Source: Camelus ferus (lineage: Eukaryota). Taken from it: a DNA stretch of 64,000 bases. The stretch spans positions 74,402,001 through 74,466,000 of the forward strand of contig NC_045697.1 of assembly GCF_009834535.1 (NCBI RefSeq), in the 5' to 3' direction. The notes under the pieces are model-generated. The model was not told where the DNA came from and did not search any database. It saw nothing but the letters and a program-made list of their open reading frames with translations. Made by a program: the position numbers and the translations under genes. Of the stretch, positions 1 through 13,925 are shown piece after piece (the first letter of the stretch is position 1; the number at the start of each line of letters is the position of its first letter).

Positions 1-1540
1 AACCATATATATCCATGCAAACACCATCAGAAATAAGATACAGTCTATTTCTGTCAGCCCAGAAAGTTCTCTCATGCTTTCTGTTCAATTTCCCCCACCC
101 CAAAGGCAACCACACTCTGATTTCTGTCCCCCTACATGTGTTTTGCTATTTTTGTCCTTCATATAAATGAAGTCATTTAGGATATAGTCCTTTGTGTCTG
201 GCTTCTTTTGCTCAACGTGTTTTTTTTCCCTTGAAAAATAACAACTTTGTTATGTTTATCAATGGTTTCTTCTTATTCCTAAGTAGTATTTCATCATATA
301 AATATATCAAAATGTGTTTATCCATTCTCCTATTGGTATTTATTTGGATTGTTTTCACATCTGAAAATAGTATGAACAAGCTCTATAAATACTCTTGTGC
401 AAGTCTTTTTGTAGACATATGTTTTCACTGCTCTAGGATAAATATCTAGTAGTAGAACTGCTGGGTCTTTGAAGAAATGAATATCAATTGCCAAATTATT
501 CTCTAAAGTGGTTGTGCCGCTTTCTATTCCACCATCATCGTATAAAGATTCTCGTTCTCCACATCCTCACCAATAGTTGATGTTGTCAAGTTTTTATATT
601 TTTACCATTCTGGTGGATGTGAAATGGTATCTCATTCTGGTTTTAATTTTCATTTCTCTGATGACTAGCAATGTTAAGCATCATTTATAAAGTGTCTATT
701 CGAGTCTTTTACTTATTTTTAAAATTTAGGTCATTTAGGGTTTTATATTGTTGATTATACATTCTGGATATGAGTCATTTGTCAGTATATGTATTAAGAA
801 TATTTTTCCCAGTCTGCGGCTTACTTACTCATTTTTAGAATGAACATCTTAATTTTCAATAAGCCTAATTTATCTTTTTCTTTTATGGTTAATATTTTCT
901 GTGTCCTCTGTAATAAATCTTTACCCCCCTAAGGTTATGAAAATTCTTCTTATGTTTTCTTACAGAAACTTCATGGGTCTAGCTTTTTACATTTAGGTCT
1001 ATGATTCATCTGAAATCAATATTCACTTATAGAGGTAGGTTTTAAGGAATATACAGTTGTTCCGGCATCATTTGTTTAAAAACCTTTCCTTCCATTGAAA
1101 TGACTTGGCACCTCGGTTGAAAATCAGTTGATGTATATGTATGAGTCTCTTTCTGAATTCTCTAGTCTGTTCCACTAATCTCTTTGATTATTTGATCAGT
1201 GAAGCTTTATAGTAAGTTGTGAAATTAGGTAGTTTGTCTTCCAATTTCATTTTTGATTTTCCAGACTGTTTTGGCTGTTCTAAATCCATTCTATGTCCAT
1301 ATAAATTTTTTAATTGGCTTATCAATTTCTTTAAAAACAAAAAACCTGCTAGGATTTTTGGTATTGCCTAGAATCTTTACATAAATACAGAGAAAATAAC
1401 ATTAACAATATTGAGTCTTACAATCCATGAATGTAATGTACCTTTCCATGCATTTAAATCTTTTTCAGTTACTCTCAGCAATATTTTGTAATTTCCATAT
1501 GGATGTTTTGTTTTGTTTATTATTATTTGATAGTTTTGAT
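1..1540 (-). mobile_element. Ancient L1M (L1MB/MC-like) 3' fragment
   Basis: Antisense L1 motifs, e.g. tgtgtctggcttcttttgctcaac, gaaatggtatctcattctggttttaatt, ttaacaatattgagtctt. Confidence 0.85.
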
Positions 1541-2689
1541 GTTATTACCTTGAGCTTTTTGCATGCTGTTCCCACTACCTCCTCCTACTCCACTAGCTTG
1601 ATCTCATTCATCCTTCTGTTCCTGGATTTGACCTCCTGAGGGAAGCCCTTCCTAATCTCCCTGGAGTTAGGTATCTGTTATAGTATGTGCACCATCCAGA
1701 AGAGTTTTCTCCACCCTCCCAAAGTAACTCAGAGCACCCCTCTCCACCCCACTCCCCCATCCCACGCATCCCTCTCCCCCTCAAAAAAGCCCATATGATG
1801 AGTATGGAGGATAAAAAAAGAAACAACCTCACTGTTCTCCTTCGTTTGTCTCAGGCATGGAAATCTCCAGCTGTGATGGTTGTGGCCAGTCATAGATATG
1901 GGTGTTAATGATTGCTCTTGGATCATGATTTTTCTGTGTAAATCCTTGTCAAGACTCCTTCTCAGCTTGGGCAAATAAAAGGGATTGGATACAGCGAGCA
2001 GGAAGGTTGCTGCAATGACAACAATGCCAGCAAGTGACCTGATCTTACCCCTACCCTGTCCATCAAAAGCAACGCTGATCCTCACTGATCTGTCTCCCCA
2101 AAGGTTGTAATATTAGAAGCCAGAGATTATCTTTCATGGACCTTTGAGCCTGGCCCAGAGAAGCAGGGGTAGTATTATTAATGACTAAACAACTGTTTCT
2201 TATTTGAGGAGTCACATTAGAAATCAAAATATTTTCAGAGTATGCATGCAAAATAAAATGTGCATAACAATAATTAAATATTTTACCTCATTCTCAAGAT
2301 TTTGGCTACAAATGTTGCCTGTTCCATGGTTCAAGAAAATTCCCATTAATAGAACTTCCACATACTGACACCTGTTTTCCTATTGACTTTCATATGAAAA
2401 GTAATGATCTGTTCCTGTGGAAGTAATGAAATATAAGAACGCCTACATTTTTTTTAAGTATAATTTTTAAAAAACAGATTCTCAGTGCAAAGGAGTTAGG
2501 AGTTCTTGAATAGATTTTTTAAATTACCCCAGAAATACAGAAGATGTGGCTAAAAAACAAAAAGGAGGAAACATGTTAAATAACTGTTAATACTCTGTTC
2601 TATGCCTTCCTGGACTTTGTTCTACACACACATACACAAGTGAAATTATTTAACAAATATTAATATTCTATTTAATATTTGCTAGGGAC

Positions 2690-2880
2690 TATTCTAAGCC
2701 CTTTACAAATAATAACTTATTTAGCCTTTTTTAAGTCTTTCTATCCTCATAATGACCCTAAAAGCTAGCCAACGGTAGTAATCCCATTTTATAGAACTGA
2801 GGCCAATGTTTCATAGTAAAAGCAGATCCAGATTGAATTTAGCCAGTAATTGGCAGAGCTAATACTCAGATTTAGGTTCC
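2690..2880 (-). mobile_element. MIR SINE
   Basis: Core atcccattttatagaactgaggc. Confidence 0.6.
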
Positions 2881-2889
2881 TTAGCAATT

Positions 2890-3250
2890 CTATCAGGACT
2901 GGCTGAAATAGCCTATGGTAACAAAATCCCTGTACCTTTGGAAAGTTCTGCACAAGAAAGGTGTATTTTTCACTTATACTACATATCCATCCAAATTAGC
3001 TCTGACTCCACATTATGTTCACACTTGACCGAGCAGCCCCTACCAGGAACATAGCTGGTCTATGGCCAACGCAAAATAGACATGGCAAACTATGAACTGG
3101 ATGCTAAAGATTGTGCTCAGATGTGATACACTTCACTTCCCTCACTTTGTTGACTAAAGGAAATGACATAGCCCCCTCTTGTGTTAGTGGAGTGGGGATT
3201 TATAACTTGGTGGAGGGGGGTTGCAGATAATTGCAAACAATAATGGACCT
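2890..3250. mobile_element. MaLR (MLT1-like) LTR remnant
   Basis: Degenerate similarity to old MLT1 LTRs (ggtaacaaaatccc...tatttttcacttatactacat...cacttcacttccctcac). Confidence 0.5.
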
Positions 3251-3599
3251 CCAGCAATGAAGCTGAAGGAGGAAGAAGAAAAGGAAAAGAAGGAAAGAAG
3301 GAGAGAGCAGAAAGAAAAGGCCGTTGCGTCTTCCAGTTTAGAAATAGAGATTCTGACTGCTATTGCTTTGGTGTAGGGCATTTTACTGGCTCCATCAAAG
3401 AGAGAAAAGGTGTGTTCCACGAGCATTTCTGGACATTGCTCTGTGGACTCTTTATACTTTTGGAAAGGAATTTTCCAGAAAAACATTCAAAGGAGTTGTT
3501 TTTATTATTGGGAAAGGTTGGAGAAACTTCTATTAAATGACGTTTCAAATTTGCAACTTCTGCCTCTTGTATTAAAGTGCCTGACTTGTAATGCAAATA

Positions 3600-4430
3600 T
3601 TCCTGCTGAGGGTAGGCGTTTACATCCTCAGAATGTGTGATTATATCCCTGTACCCTTAATCAATGCAAGCATTATCAGATTTTTGTCTTAATCTTGGTC
3701 AATTTGCTGGGCAAAATTTCTGTTTTGTTTTGATATTCATTCTGGAAATTATTCCTATAATTACATACTTTTCATATGCTTATTGGCCACTTATATTCCA
3801 TGAATTTCTATCCATCAATTTATTCATTTAATCCACACATCTGTTGAGCTCTTGCTTTGAGGCCAAATATTATGTACATAATTCTGGCTCATTTTTCATC
3901 TTGTACTATCATCTTTTATATAAAGATTAGTAAAGGTTTATTTATGGATTAAAGACTTTTTGTTAATTACATTACAATTTAAGTTGGCCTTTATGGAAGA
4001 AGGTATTGTGTCCATTTTCATTTCACTGTTATAAAATTTTAAATACACATTTGGTCAAAAATATCACCCTTTTTGTAATTACTGCTTAGAAAGATTTTTC
4101 CCACCCAGTGACAAAAAAAAAAATCACCTACATCTTTGGTATTATAATTATAATTATAATGGTTTTAGTTTTTGCATTTAAATCTTTAACCCAGCAAGAA
4201 TTTCTTTTGGTGGGTGGTTTAGGGTAGAAATCTAATATTTCTTTTCATGTTGTTAGTTATTTTTCACCATACTGTTATAAAAATGTAACTTTTTCCATTG
4301 ATGCAAGATGCCTTTAAAATATTAATTATACCTTGGATTTTCTTCACTTTTAGTCTTTTCTATTGAATTCTTGTACCAAAATCATACTAAATTACTGAAG
4401 CTTTCTAATACATTTTGTCAAGTTAAGTTT
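3600..4430 (-). mobile_element. Very old L1ME-like fragment
   Basis: ttttcatatgcttattggccactt, tttgcatttaaatctttaaccca: antisense L1 ORF2/3' motifs. Confidence 0.6.
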
Positions 4431-4889
4431 TCTGTTTAGTAATAATGTACAGGGCTTGTGACCTGAGACAGAGAATGTGTGAACCTCTCCTGAAATTGCA
4501 CCGTGTAGTTCAGAGAGAGGAACCAGAGTCTTAGAGTCTCAAAAGAATCCATGACCCCAAATAACATTATCATTAAAGGAAGCAAAAATGTAACAGAATT
4601 CAATGTTCTGCCTTAAAGAATTAACCACAATACTAGAATCTTCTTTCAAGATTTATAATAAAAGAATCATTATTTGCTTTTGCAGAACTCCTTTTTCATA
4701 GCTCTCTATAGAAGCCAAGTTTTGTTCATTTGTGTTTGTTTGTTTGCCTTTAGGTCTAGTTTATCTGACCTGAATAACAAGTTTATAATCGAGCAAGAAA
4801 ACAAAATTCAGCAGAAAACCCAGGAGAATGTTTACTGGATGACTGATGTAAAGAGCCTTGAACATTTCCATCATGTGAGTTAGATACTG

Positions 4890-5105
4890 TGTTAGCTGCT
4901 ATCACCTTCTAGAAGGAAGCTTTCTGCCCAGCTAATCTAAAGGGCCTCTCCCGGTTACTCACTGTCTCCCCATAATAACGTTCGTGTATGTTTATTATGT
5001 GTTCCTCAGTAGAATTTAAGCCCCAAGCAGTCTGGTTTATCGACCATTATACTTTTAGTACTTAGTCCAGTGTCAGGCACATAGTAGGAATTCAACAATG
5101 TTTAC
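4890..5105 (+). mobile_element. L2 3' end
   Basis: ccagtgtcaggcacatagtaggaattcaacaatgtt, L2 terminal motif. Confidence 0.65.
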
Positions 5106-6769
5106 ATGTGGGGTAAAAATGTACATGAGATATTCTTTTCCCAACTGTAGACATATCCATGCTTCAAGCACGTGGGCTTTTCTTATTGTTTGGGTTAATG
5201 TTCTTTTAATTTTGTTTAATGTTCTTAAAGCACATTTAGCAAATCAAATGCTAAAGAAGACTGAGGAGTGACAGTTACAGTCACCTGAATAGTTTTTATT
5301 TAGGTGATACTGGTAAATGATTTTCCCTGTCCAAGGAGGAAAAGGCAAAAGGGACTACGCTTAAGCTAAAGTGAGAAGAGAAGTTTCTCTACAGATGTCA
5401 GTTTGATGTTCACCATTATAAACCTGTTCCAGCCTAGAGCAGGGCTCAAGCGTTGTGCTTAGTGAATAATTGTTAAATGAGTGATACTGGCCATTAAAGA
5501 AATAAAACTGAAATGTGCAGTCTGTGGGGTGATGGCATTTCTCTGTCACTGAGGCTGCTTCACTGAGAAAAGAGAAGCTTGCTCTTCACATGTCTGATGA
5601 CTGGGCCCAGTCATAGATCAATTCTCACCATCTGGCTGCATTTCAGTCAGATGGGGAGCATATATGCACAGCCTGGGAGCCCTAAAGCCTGTTTCCCTGG
5701 TATGATGCTTCCTCCTTTGCACAGAATAGCTAACTCAATTATCTCAGGTAGCTAGCCCAGTATAACTTGGGAATGCAGCACATACTTGGTTGAGAACAGC
5801 AAACTTATCCTTTATGAAGTTCTCAGTAATTAGGAAAAGTAAGGTAGAACTTCTTGGATAGGCAAGGAAACATAGCATAGGGGTAAAAATTTACCATAGA
5901 TACTTAAAACCACGGTTTATACACATAACCAACTAGGAGTTCACTATATATAACAATAATAAAGGTGGCTTTTCTGCAGAACAAATTTACTTTTCCTGCA
6001 AATTTTACATGGTCATCTGAGTTATTTCTTTGATTCAAACCTATTATTTCTATTAGGTCCTTCGTAAATCATCCCACAGTTTATTCTGAATTTAATGAGA
6101 CTAAAAATAGGTAAGTACATTCCTAGGTAAATGGCAATTGTTCTTCCCTTACTAGGTTTTGAGTTTAGAACTTGCACAGTCCAGTGACAAAGTGATACCC
6201 TTTGAGAAGATTTTTTTGACTGAGTACTTGGAGGCTCCTTTGCTCTGAATTGAGAGTAGTGTGTGTGTTTGGGAGGTAAAAGGAGGTCATGGGGAGAGAG
6301 GAAACAATGCATATAAATTCATACAGCTCAACTTTCCCCTCAGTCTCACCATAAGAGAGCATCTGCACGTTCTTCCTAGACTCATGTAAGTAGAAATAGT
6401 TGACATAGCCAAATATGAATTTCAACACTTTAGTAAATTAAACACCCAGATCTCCTGACAGACTAAAGTCAATCTGATTTTTGAAGACATCGAGAGCAAG
6501 TGATTTTAGCTTCTTACTCAGTAAATCTTTAGTATGTTTTCCATATCTCACGTCAGAGAAATTCCATTTTAGCCAAATTCTTCATGCTTCATTTAAAAGG
6601 CATCTCAGGTGCTTATGTCAGTGGAAACGAACAGCAGCTGTGAAAGAACTTTCTTTGTTTCAAAGTCGAATGGACTTCAAAAGTATTCATTTTAACCTGT
6701 TTATTATTGTTTGTACAGCTTTGTTAGACTTATCATCAGACTGAACAATCCAAATTTTACCTTTTGAGT

Positions 6770-7680
6770 CCTAAGTCTTTCAGTATTTCTAAGGCTGTCT
6801 TCCAAACCTAGCCTGATTTCCTTGGCTGTAAATCTTGGATGCTTTATGGAAGTGATCCGAACAGAATAATTAATGCTAATTACTCTCTTAATTACCCAAA
6901 GCTTTCTAAGTCTTGATGCTGCCAGAGAGAAGCGCCTTGTTCTTCCTCAAAATAATCTTGCCTATTCCTGCTCTTTTGCTATTCCATCTGAAATTGAAGA
7001 TCTACTTATCAAGTTTCTTGAAAAAGTCTTTTTTGGATTTAGAGACTGCATGGGGAAGAATTAACATCTTAACACTGCCCAGTATTATTATTCCTGAGCA
7101 GGTTGTATATGAACAAGGTAGATCCCTTCCACTTCAACATTATCACGTATAGATTGCTGATTTTAGCAAATGCTTTTCCCATATCCACTAAGGTGATTGA
7201 TCATCTGCTTTTTCCCCTTTTAGTATTTTAATGAGGCTAGTTCCATTAATATATTTTAATGTTAAACTGTCCTGGGAAAAATTTAAATTGATCAAGATAA
7301 GTTTTTTTCCCAGTTCCTAATGTTTTATTTTGAATTTTATCATCTTTGGTCATAAGCGTTACTGTCATATGATTGTCATTTTCTAATGTAACCTGATTTG
7401 GTTTGAATATCAAGATCAAGGCTATTCTAGCACCATTAACTGATACGAAAAATATTTTTTCTGTTCTCTAGAACTGTTTTTATTAGCCAGAGATGATCGT
7501 TCTCAAAAGCTTGGTTCACTGGCCTGTAAAACCAAGTAGTATATTTGGGGATAGGATAATAAGTTAGATTTCAAGCTGCTTGTTAAATATCTTTGGTGAT
7601 TACTAGTATACTCAGATTTTCCGTTTCTTCTTAAATCACTTTCCTAAGGTATATTTTTCTATGACATTGTCTGGGTTGAC
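6770..7680 (-). mobile_element. Ancient L1 ORF2 remnants
   Basis: Reverse strand of ~6890-7030 reads approximately FFKKLDK*IFNFRWNSKRAGIGKIILRKNK, resembling the L1 ORF2 C-terminal FFKELDKLILKFIWN motif. Confidence 0.7.
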
Positions 7681-7739
7681 TTTTTTGTTTATCTAGGCTG
7701 GTGAAGAAAACTTAAAAAAAAATCTAGGCTCCTAACTGA

Positions 7740-8010
7740 CTTTGAAAAACTCTTTGTATTATTTTTTGACCCTCTAGCAATTTGTATCCTCACCTAATAG
7801 TTATGCTGTCCAGACCACGTTTTCTAAATTTATTGCTTCATGCAACGAAATCACCTAACCTTCCTAGAGTCAAGATAAATTAGAACTATCTCTTTTTCTT
7901 GATCTACCTGGGACTTTTATCCTAATAAATCAGGTTAGTCTGACAGTGTTTATTCTTCATGAAGACTTGCTGGCAGCCATCTGCAAGGTGCTTGCAAGTT
8001 TTTCTTTCAA
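7740..8010 (-). mobile_element. L3/CR1-like fragment
   Basis: aaatcaggttagtctgacagtgtttattcttcatgaagacttgctggc resembles the reverse of the CR1 RT region. Confidence 0.45.
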
Positions 8011-8569
8011 TGATGTTTAAATGTACCAATGTTTTTACTGTATAGAATTTATACTCACATCACCATAGTTTTTGTAGGTGTTTACTGTGAATGTCATCAA
8101 GAGTGCCTTCCAAGAACAAATTTTCGGAACATTGATAGAAAATAGACAATAGGATGGGACCTTGAACAGATTCCTTAAAGAAGCATGTTATCCTTAAGAC
8201 GACATGGTGGAATGTAAGTATGGAGAAATGAATACTAAATCTTGAGTGTTTCTACCTCCCCAGTCATAAATTAACATGTCCTATAATTTATGTCACTGGC
8301 AAGAAGCACTAATGAATGGTTCTGATGATGTTCCAAAACAACTGAAAGAAGACATCAGATGCAAATTAAAAGATTGTTATCAAATATGATGGGAGAGGAG
8401 GATCATCTCTTGGTTCTGTACTTATCCCGTTCTAGGCATTCCAGAGGAAAGGAGACATAGCAGCTGCTACTCCTTTAGTGGATTTGTGTGGCCTTCATTG
8501 TGTGTGTGCACAAGAGTTTCACAGTTCCTAACTACTGCAAACCATTCAATTCTTTTGAAATAATTAATT

Positions 8570-8783
8570 CAGAGATTGTCAGACTACAGCCCAAGGGCCA
8601 AAGCCAGGCCACAATCTGTCTTTGCAAATAAAGTTTTATTGGAAAATAGTCATGCTCATTTGTTTATGTATTTTCTATGGCAATTTTTGTACTTCAAATG
8701 CAGAGCAGTTTTGATAGCGACTGGCTGCAATGGTGAAAATATGTGCCCTCCTGCCCTTTACAGAAAATACTTGCCAATCCCTG
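8570..8783 (+). mobile_element. MER58A-like hAT-Charlie DNA transposon
   Basis: cagactacagcccaagggccaaa...aaataaagttttattggaa...ccctttacagaaaatacttgccaatccctg, with degenerate terminal inverted repeats. Confidence 0.85.
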
Positions 8784-8827
8784 AGTTAAATCATGAGGTG
8801 TCAAGCAAGCCAGAGAATAGCTTCATC

Positions 8828-9003
8828 TAGGTAAGTAACCTTAAACTGGGGTCCATAAATATGTCTCTGGGGTCTGTCATTCCAAGGAATAATTTGTACT
8901 ATTTATTGTATGTGTGCATTTTACTGGTAAGAGAGTCCTATGACTCTCATCAGATTCTCCAAGGGGTCTTGTGATCCAAAATGTGTTAAGAACTAATGGT
9001 TTA
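8828..9003. mobile_element. hAT-Charlie (MER103-like) fossil
   Basis: ttaaactggggtccat...tcatcagattctccaaggggtc...gttaagaact. Confidence 0.6.
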
Positions 9004-9082
9004 GGTGAATGTTGTTTATTTGTTCTTTTGAAGACTTGTAGAATGGGCTAGAAGAAAAAGCAGTTCAAGAAATTGACACAAC

Positions 9083-9829
9083 ACAATGAGATATCACCTT
9101 ACACCTGCTATGATGGCTATTATCCAAAAAAAGAAAAAAAAAAAGGCAAGTGTTGGTGAGGATGGGGAGAAATTGGAACCCTTGTACACTCCTGGTGGGA
9201 ATGTAAAATGATTCAGCCCCTATGGAAAACAGTATAGGGGGTTCCTCAAAAAATTGCAATAGAACTACCATGTGACCCAGCAATCCCACTTTGGGGTGTA
9301 TGTCTGAAAGAAATGAAATCAGTATCTCAAAGAGCTATCTGTACTCCCATGTCCACTGCAACATTATTCACAATAGCCAAGATGTGAGGACACAACCTAA
9401 ATGTCCATCAATGAATGAATGGATAAAGAAAATGTGATGTTTATATTATTCAGGCTTAAAAAAGAAGGAAAACCTGTGATATGTGACACCATAGATGAAC
9501 CTGAGGACACTGTGCTAAGTGGGAATAGTCTAGTCCTAGAAGGACAACTACTGAATGATTCCACTTACATGAGCCATCTAAAATAGTCAAACTCAAAGAA
9601 ACAGGAGAACAGAATGGTAGTTGCCGGAGGCTGGTGGTGGGATGGGGAGGAAGTGGGGGCTGCTGTTCAAAGGATATAAAGTTTCAGTTATGGAAGATGA
9701 ATAAGTTCTGAAGATCTGCTGTACAATATTGTGCCTGTAGTCAACAGTACTGCTCTGTGCACTTACAACTTTGTTAAAAGGGTAGGTTTCATGTTAAGTG
9801 TCTGTACCACAATAATAATAAATAAAAAA
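9083..9829 (+). mobile_element. L1MA/L1MB 3' end with A-rich tail
   Basis: acaatgagatatcacc...ccagcaatcccactt...ttattcacaatagccaagat...gttaagtgtctgtaccacaataataataaataaaaaa. Confidence 0.92.
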
Positions 9830-12800
9830 CTGACCCAGAGGTGTTTTTTTGAGAGGATAGGAAAATTGGTAAATACTGTTGGCTAAGAGAATTGTGGGGT
9901 GTGTGAAAAGATTTTATAACTCTCCAAAGTTAATTCTAAGTTGTCTATTTCTGTTGACTGTGTGCCACATATTGTTCATAATGTCTTATTTTCACAACCT
10001 TCCCTGATGGGTATTAATCCCTCATTTTACAGATGCATGAACTAAGGCTCACTGAGAATACATAATTTATTCTAAACAATAGGAGTAGTAAAGATTTGAA
10101 ATGGAGATCCTAAGATTCATACATTAACACGTTGTCTGACATGTTATTAAGTAAGGAACTTAATGCTGGTTTTAAGTTGAGAAAAATCTTCAATTGGTGC
10201 TCCATTGAGAACCCCAAAGCTTGAGGTCCATCCCCACAAGGAATATTACACAGCTCTTCCCTCTGAACTCAGATCACTTCTACAGAGAAGAGTGGAGGGC
10301 TCCTCTCTTCAAAGAACTCACTGACTTTCCACAGTCTGGGGAGAATTTTCCTCTCACCAAAGCTTTCCTCAAAGTCATCCCTTTCTCGCCTGTCCTCGTC
10401 TTTGATACATAGCTTAGCAATGAATTCAGGCTTTCAAAAAAGATAGAAAGAGGGTTATTTCCAAGTTCTTTTGTTTTAGATCCTGAACAGGCCCCTATCC
10501 CCCCACCAAAAAACCCACAAATGTGGTCATTTTTGTGTGTGTATGTGGAGTAGGAGGTTAATAAGTGGGTTTGAGTAAAGAGAACCAAACCACAAATGAA
10601 TTTCTAAATACATTGTTATGTGACAGTCTTATAGGCAATGAGAAGTCATTCAGTTCTTTATGGAAGGGAGTGATGAAGGAAGCACTGCTTAAGAAATGGG
10701 AAACTCCGTCTATTTGCTGCAAACCTAGACTCAAGACTTGGACTTCTCACAAAATAATAGATGTAAACTATCTCCCAAGGGGCGGGAACTTGTGCTTCCA
10801 GAGATCTTGCTACTGCGGCTGGAATAGATGGGCTGATGCCAATTAAAACAGGTAAAATAGATTAGGTAATGAGCATCCAGACTTAGAGCTTCTGAGAATT
10901 TTATTAGGCGTCAGGGGTTATAAAGGCAAAGAAAGGACCTAATGGGGAAAGCAGATTTTGCACTCGGTTTCAATCAACAGTCTTGTCTTAATCTTCATAC
11001 TTCCCCAATTTTACAGCTGTAATAAATACTTAAATTATTGTGAACTAAAATTTACTTAGGTTACTTGAAAATAACTGCAGATACACAAATGGCCAAAATT
11101 TATCTTAAATTATGACTTGCAAATGCAGTTGAATGGGCTTTCCTACTGCCTACCCTCTACTTTATATGTATAGTGACTTTTACACACAAGAAAAAGAAAT
11201 GAAAATTGGAAATTTTAGCTTTTCCACTATAAAACCACTTATTTATTAAATCACCCTTTAAAACTAGTAACTAGCATATTTCTTTGTGATACCAGTGTTC
11301 CAATGCTATCTTTTTGAAGTGTTTTTTTGGGAAAGACATTCTGCTTTCTGGATGTACAAATCATTTATATGATGTTCAAATCTATCATTCTGAATCAGAT
11401 TGCCTTTGGTTTTTTTTATATCATTGCACTCGAAGAACGTCAGGTCCTGGCAATGACATTTGTGCTTCCTGAAGTGGGTGCCATCCCTTCTGGGTAACCT
11501 TTTGTGAAGTCACATGACTGGCAGCCAGCCTAACTCTGGTCGTCCTCCTCTAGGCAATGACATTTGAGCTGCTGTCGTTTCATCTTGCAGCATCTCAAAG
11601 CCAATTATTCCTCCAGGTTTGCAGCAACATTAACGATGATTACTCTTTTCCTTGTTGAATTTGTAAAATGTTTCTTGGCATTTTCAATTACCCAGGTATT
11701 CAAGAAGACAAGTTTTTTTGTGAGTGTTGACTCAGGCCCACACCCATGCTCAATGATAGAGGTTCTGTGACCACACAGCCAACTCCCTGTAATAAGAGGG
11801 AATGCACATGTAAGCTGAATTGTGATTAATCCTATTATTTTAATCACCAAAGTATAATTCTAGATTATCCTTACTAAATTAGAGAAACAATTTACAGCTA
11901 ATCCAAAGTATCTTTTTTGTATTTGATTTGGCTCCTTGCTTACAATTTACTACTAATCATATAAAAACTGATAAGAGGAGGAGGCAGCCTAAAAGCATGT
12001 AATTCTTGCAGCTAGAATTTAGTGAAAACACAGAAAACAAAAAGTTGTTTGCAACCAAAAACAGAGTTTAGATTTGAAAATAGCCCCCAGTCCACAAAGT
12101 AAATAGTCTAAAGCATGCAGCATAGTTTGACGTGCCCACTATAAATTGTCTTTTTAGAGAGTCTCCACTTTTAGAGAGCCCAGGGGTTTTTCCTTAATTG
12201 TCCACACATCCCCTATCCATTTTCTGCCCCGCTGGTGCTCCCAGGAAATTGACATTGGGGAAGCCTGCGCAGAAATTCGGAAGGTAGAAAGGGAGAGCGA
12301 GGTAAGAAAGGGTGTTCCTCCCTGCCCCACTTCAGGGAGGGGTCTCTGGTACTCCCTACACATTAACAAATACAGTTCCTTTTGAGGGGCCCTTCTTCTT
12401 CCTGCATGGTTCCAGTCTGGGCTATGGTTTCCTCACTTTTTCCTTTTACACCCAAGGCTGTTTCCCTACTTCCCACTTTTGCTAGTCTCTTAGCTTCTCA
12501 CACCCCTTCCTCATCTCTTCCCCAGCCTGCACCTGCTTGTGGTCCCTGCAGTAAAACCTCTTCATTTGAACTACCTGCTAGAACCCTGATTGAGACAGAG
12601 AAACTACAAATGAATAGACCTGGACTGCTTTGAATGGTCTCTATCTATTTTTTACTGGCCATATTGGAATGTAGGTGTTAAAGGGGAGAAAATCCTTGTG
12701 ATAAAGGGTCTGACTCATTTACAAATCGAAAAATTAAGGGTTGGCTATTCATAGCTCCTTTGTTCATATTTATCCTTACGGCCGCCTAGAGTTACACTTC

Positions 12801-13429
12801 CTGGAGTTAGGTCAAATCGTCATTGTGTTTATAATTTGGTCACATAGAAACAGGGATTCTTTCATTTATTTCTTTTTGGTAACTTCTCAATCTGGTATTA
12901 TTTAAAGGAAAATAGAGTTATATAACCATAGCAAGCATAAAATGTCTATTTGTAAACCTCAGCATTCACAGGTCATAAAGTCAAACACTTTAGCACATTT
13001 CACACTGTTGAACATTAAAGTAAGTAAGTCTTTAAAATTCCTCAAAGAGCAAATCAAAGTAAATAATAGAATTCAAAATGAATAACTTATTTATTTGCAT
13101 AAGCACTTTGAACTTTAATTCAGTATTTCAAATCAAATACGATTTTCTTTTAACTTGTGCAGGTGTCTATAGTTAATGTATCAACTATCAATGTTAATTT
13201 GCTAAAACCCCGCCCAATACCAGTATACTGCACCTACATCAGGTGTGTGTTTTCTTCTTGTTAACACTTATGTTTCAATCTAAGATACACACACACGTAT
13301 GTTTTAGAGAAGCCATTTAAAATTTTTTCAGTGAAAATTAGAAGCATTTCTAGAGTGTAAATTTGAGTTCATCCCAAGCAAAATTAAAACAGTCCCTCAG
13401 AAATGTCTCGTTTCCATTTGGTCTGGAAT

Positions 13430-13704
13430 ATTGCTTCTCTAAACTGTCTACTTATCAGAATTGCCTGGAGAGCAATTTTAAAACACAGATTACTGGCTTC
13501 AATCTCGGTCCTCCTGTAGAGGCTGGGGCAGGGTGAGACCATGTCTGTTTCATTCATCATTGTGTATCCAGAATTTAATGCAAGACCCTCAGTAATCATT
13601 CGTTAAATGAATGAATCAGAATGTCTGAAGGTGGGATCCAGGAACCTGTATTTTTATAAGGGCCTCCAGGTGATTCTGATGAGCAGTCACTTCTGGAAAC
13701 ACTG
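13430..13704. mobile_element. MER5-like hAT element interrupted by an L2 3' end (~13525-13616)
   Basis: Left half atcagaattgcctggagagc...aaacacagatt; right half gaatcagaatgtctgaaggtgg...cctccaggtgattctgatg...gaaacactg; between them an L2-like tail ending gttaaatgaatgaat. Confidence 0.7.
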
Positions 13705-13925
13705 GCCTTTAACTTAGAATTTTAGATCTTTTCAACCATCATCTAATTCACCCCCCTTGTTTTAGAAATGGAAGAACGTGAAGTCTGAGAGATTAAATAG
13801 TTTGTATATAATCATAATATTTTCATACTTTGAAACATTTTGGGACAAATGATGAGAAAAAAGAGAAAGGAGGACTAAAAGATATAGTACGTATTTGTGT
13901 GTTAAAATGCCAATATGACTAAATA

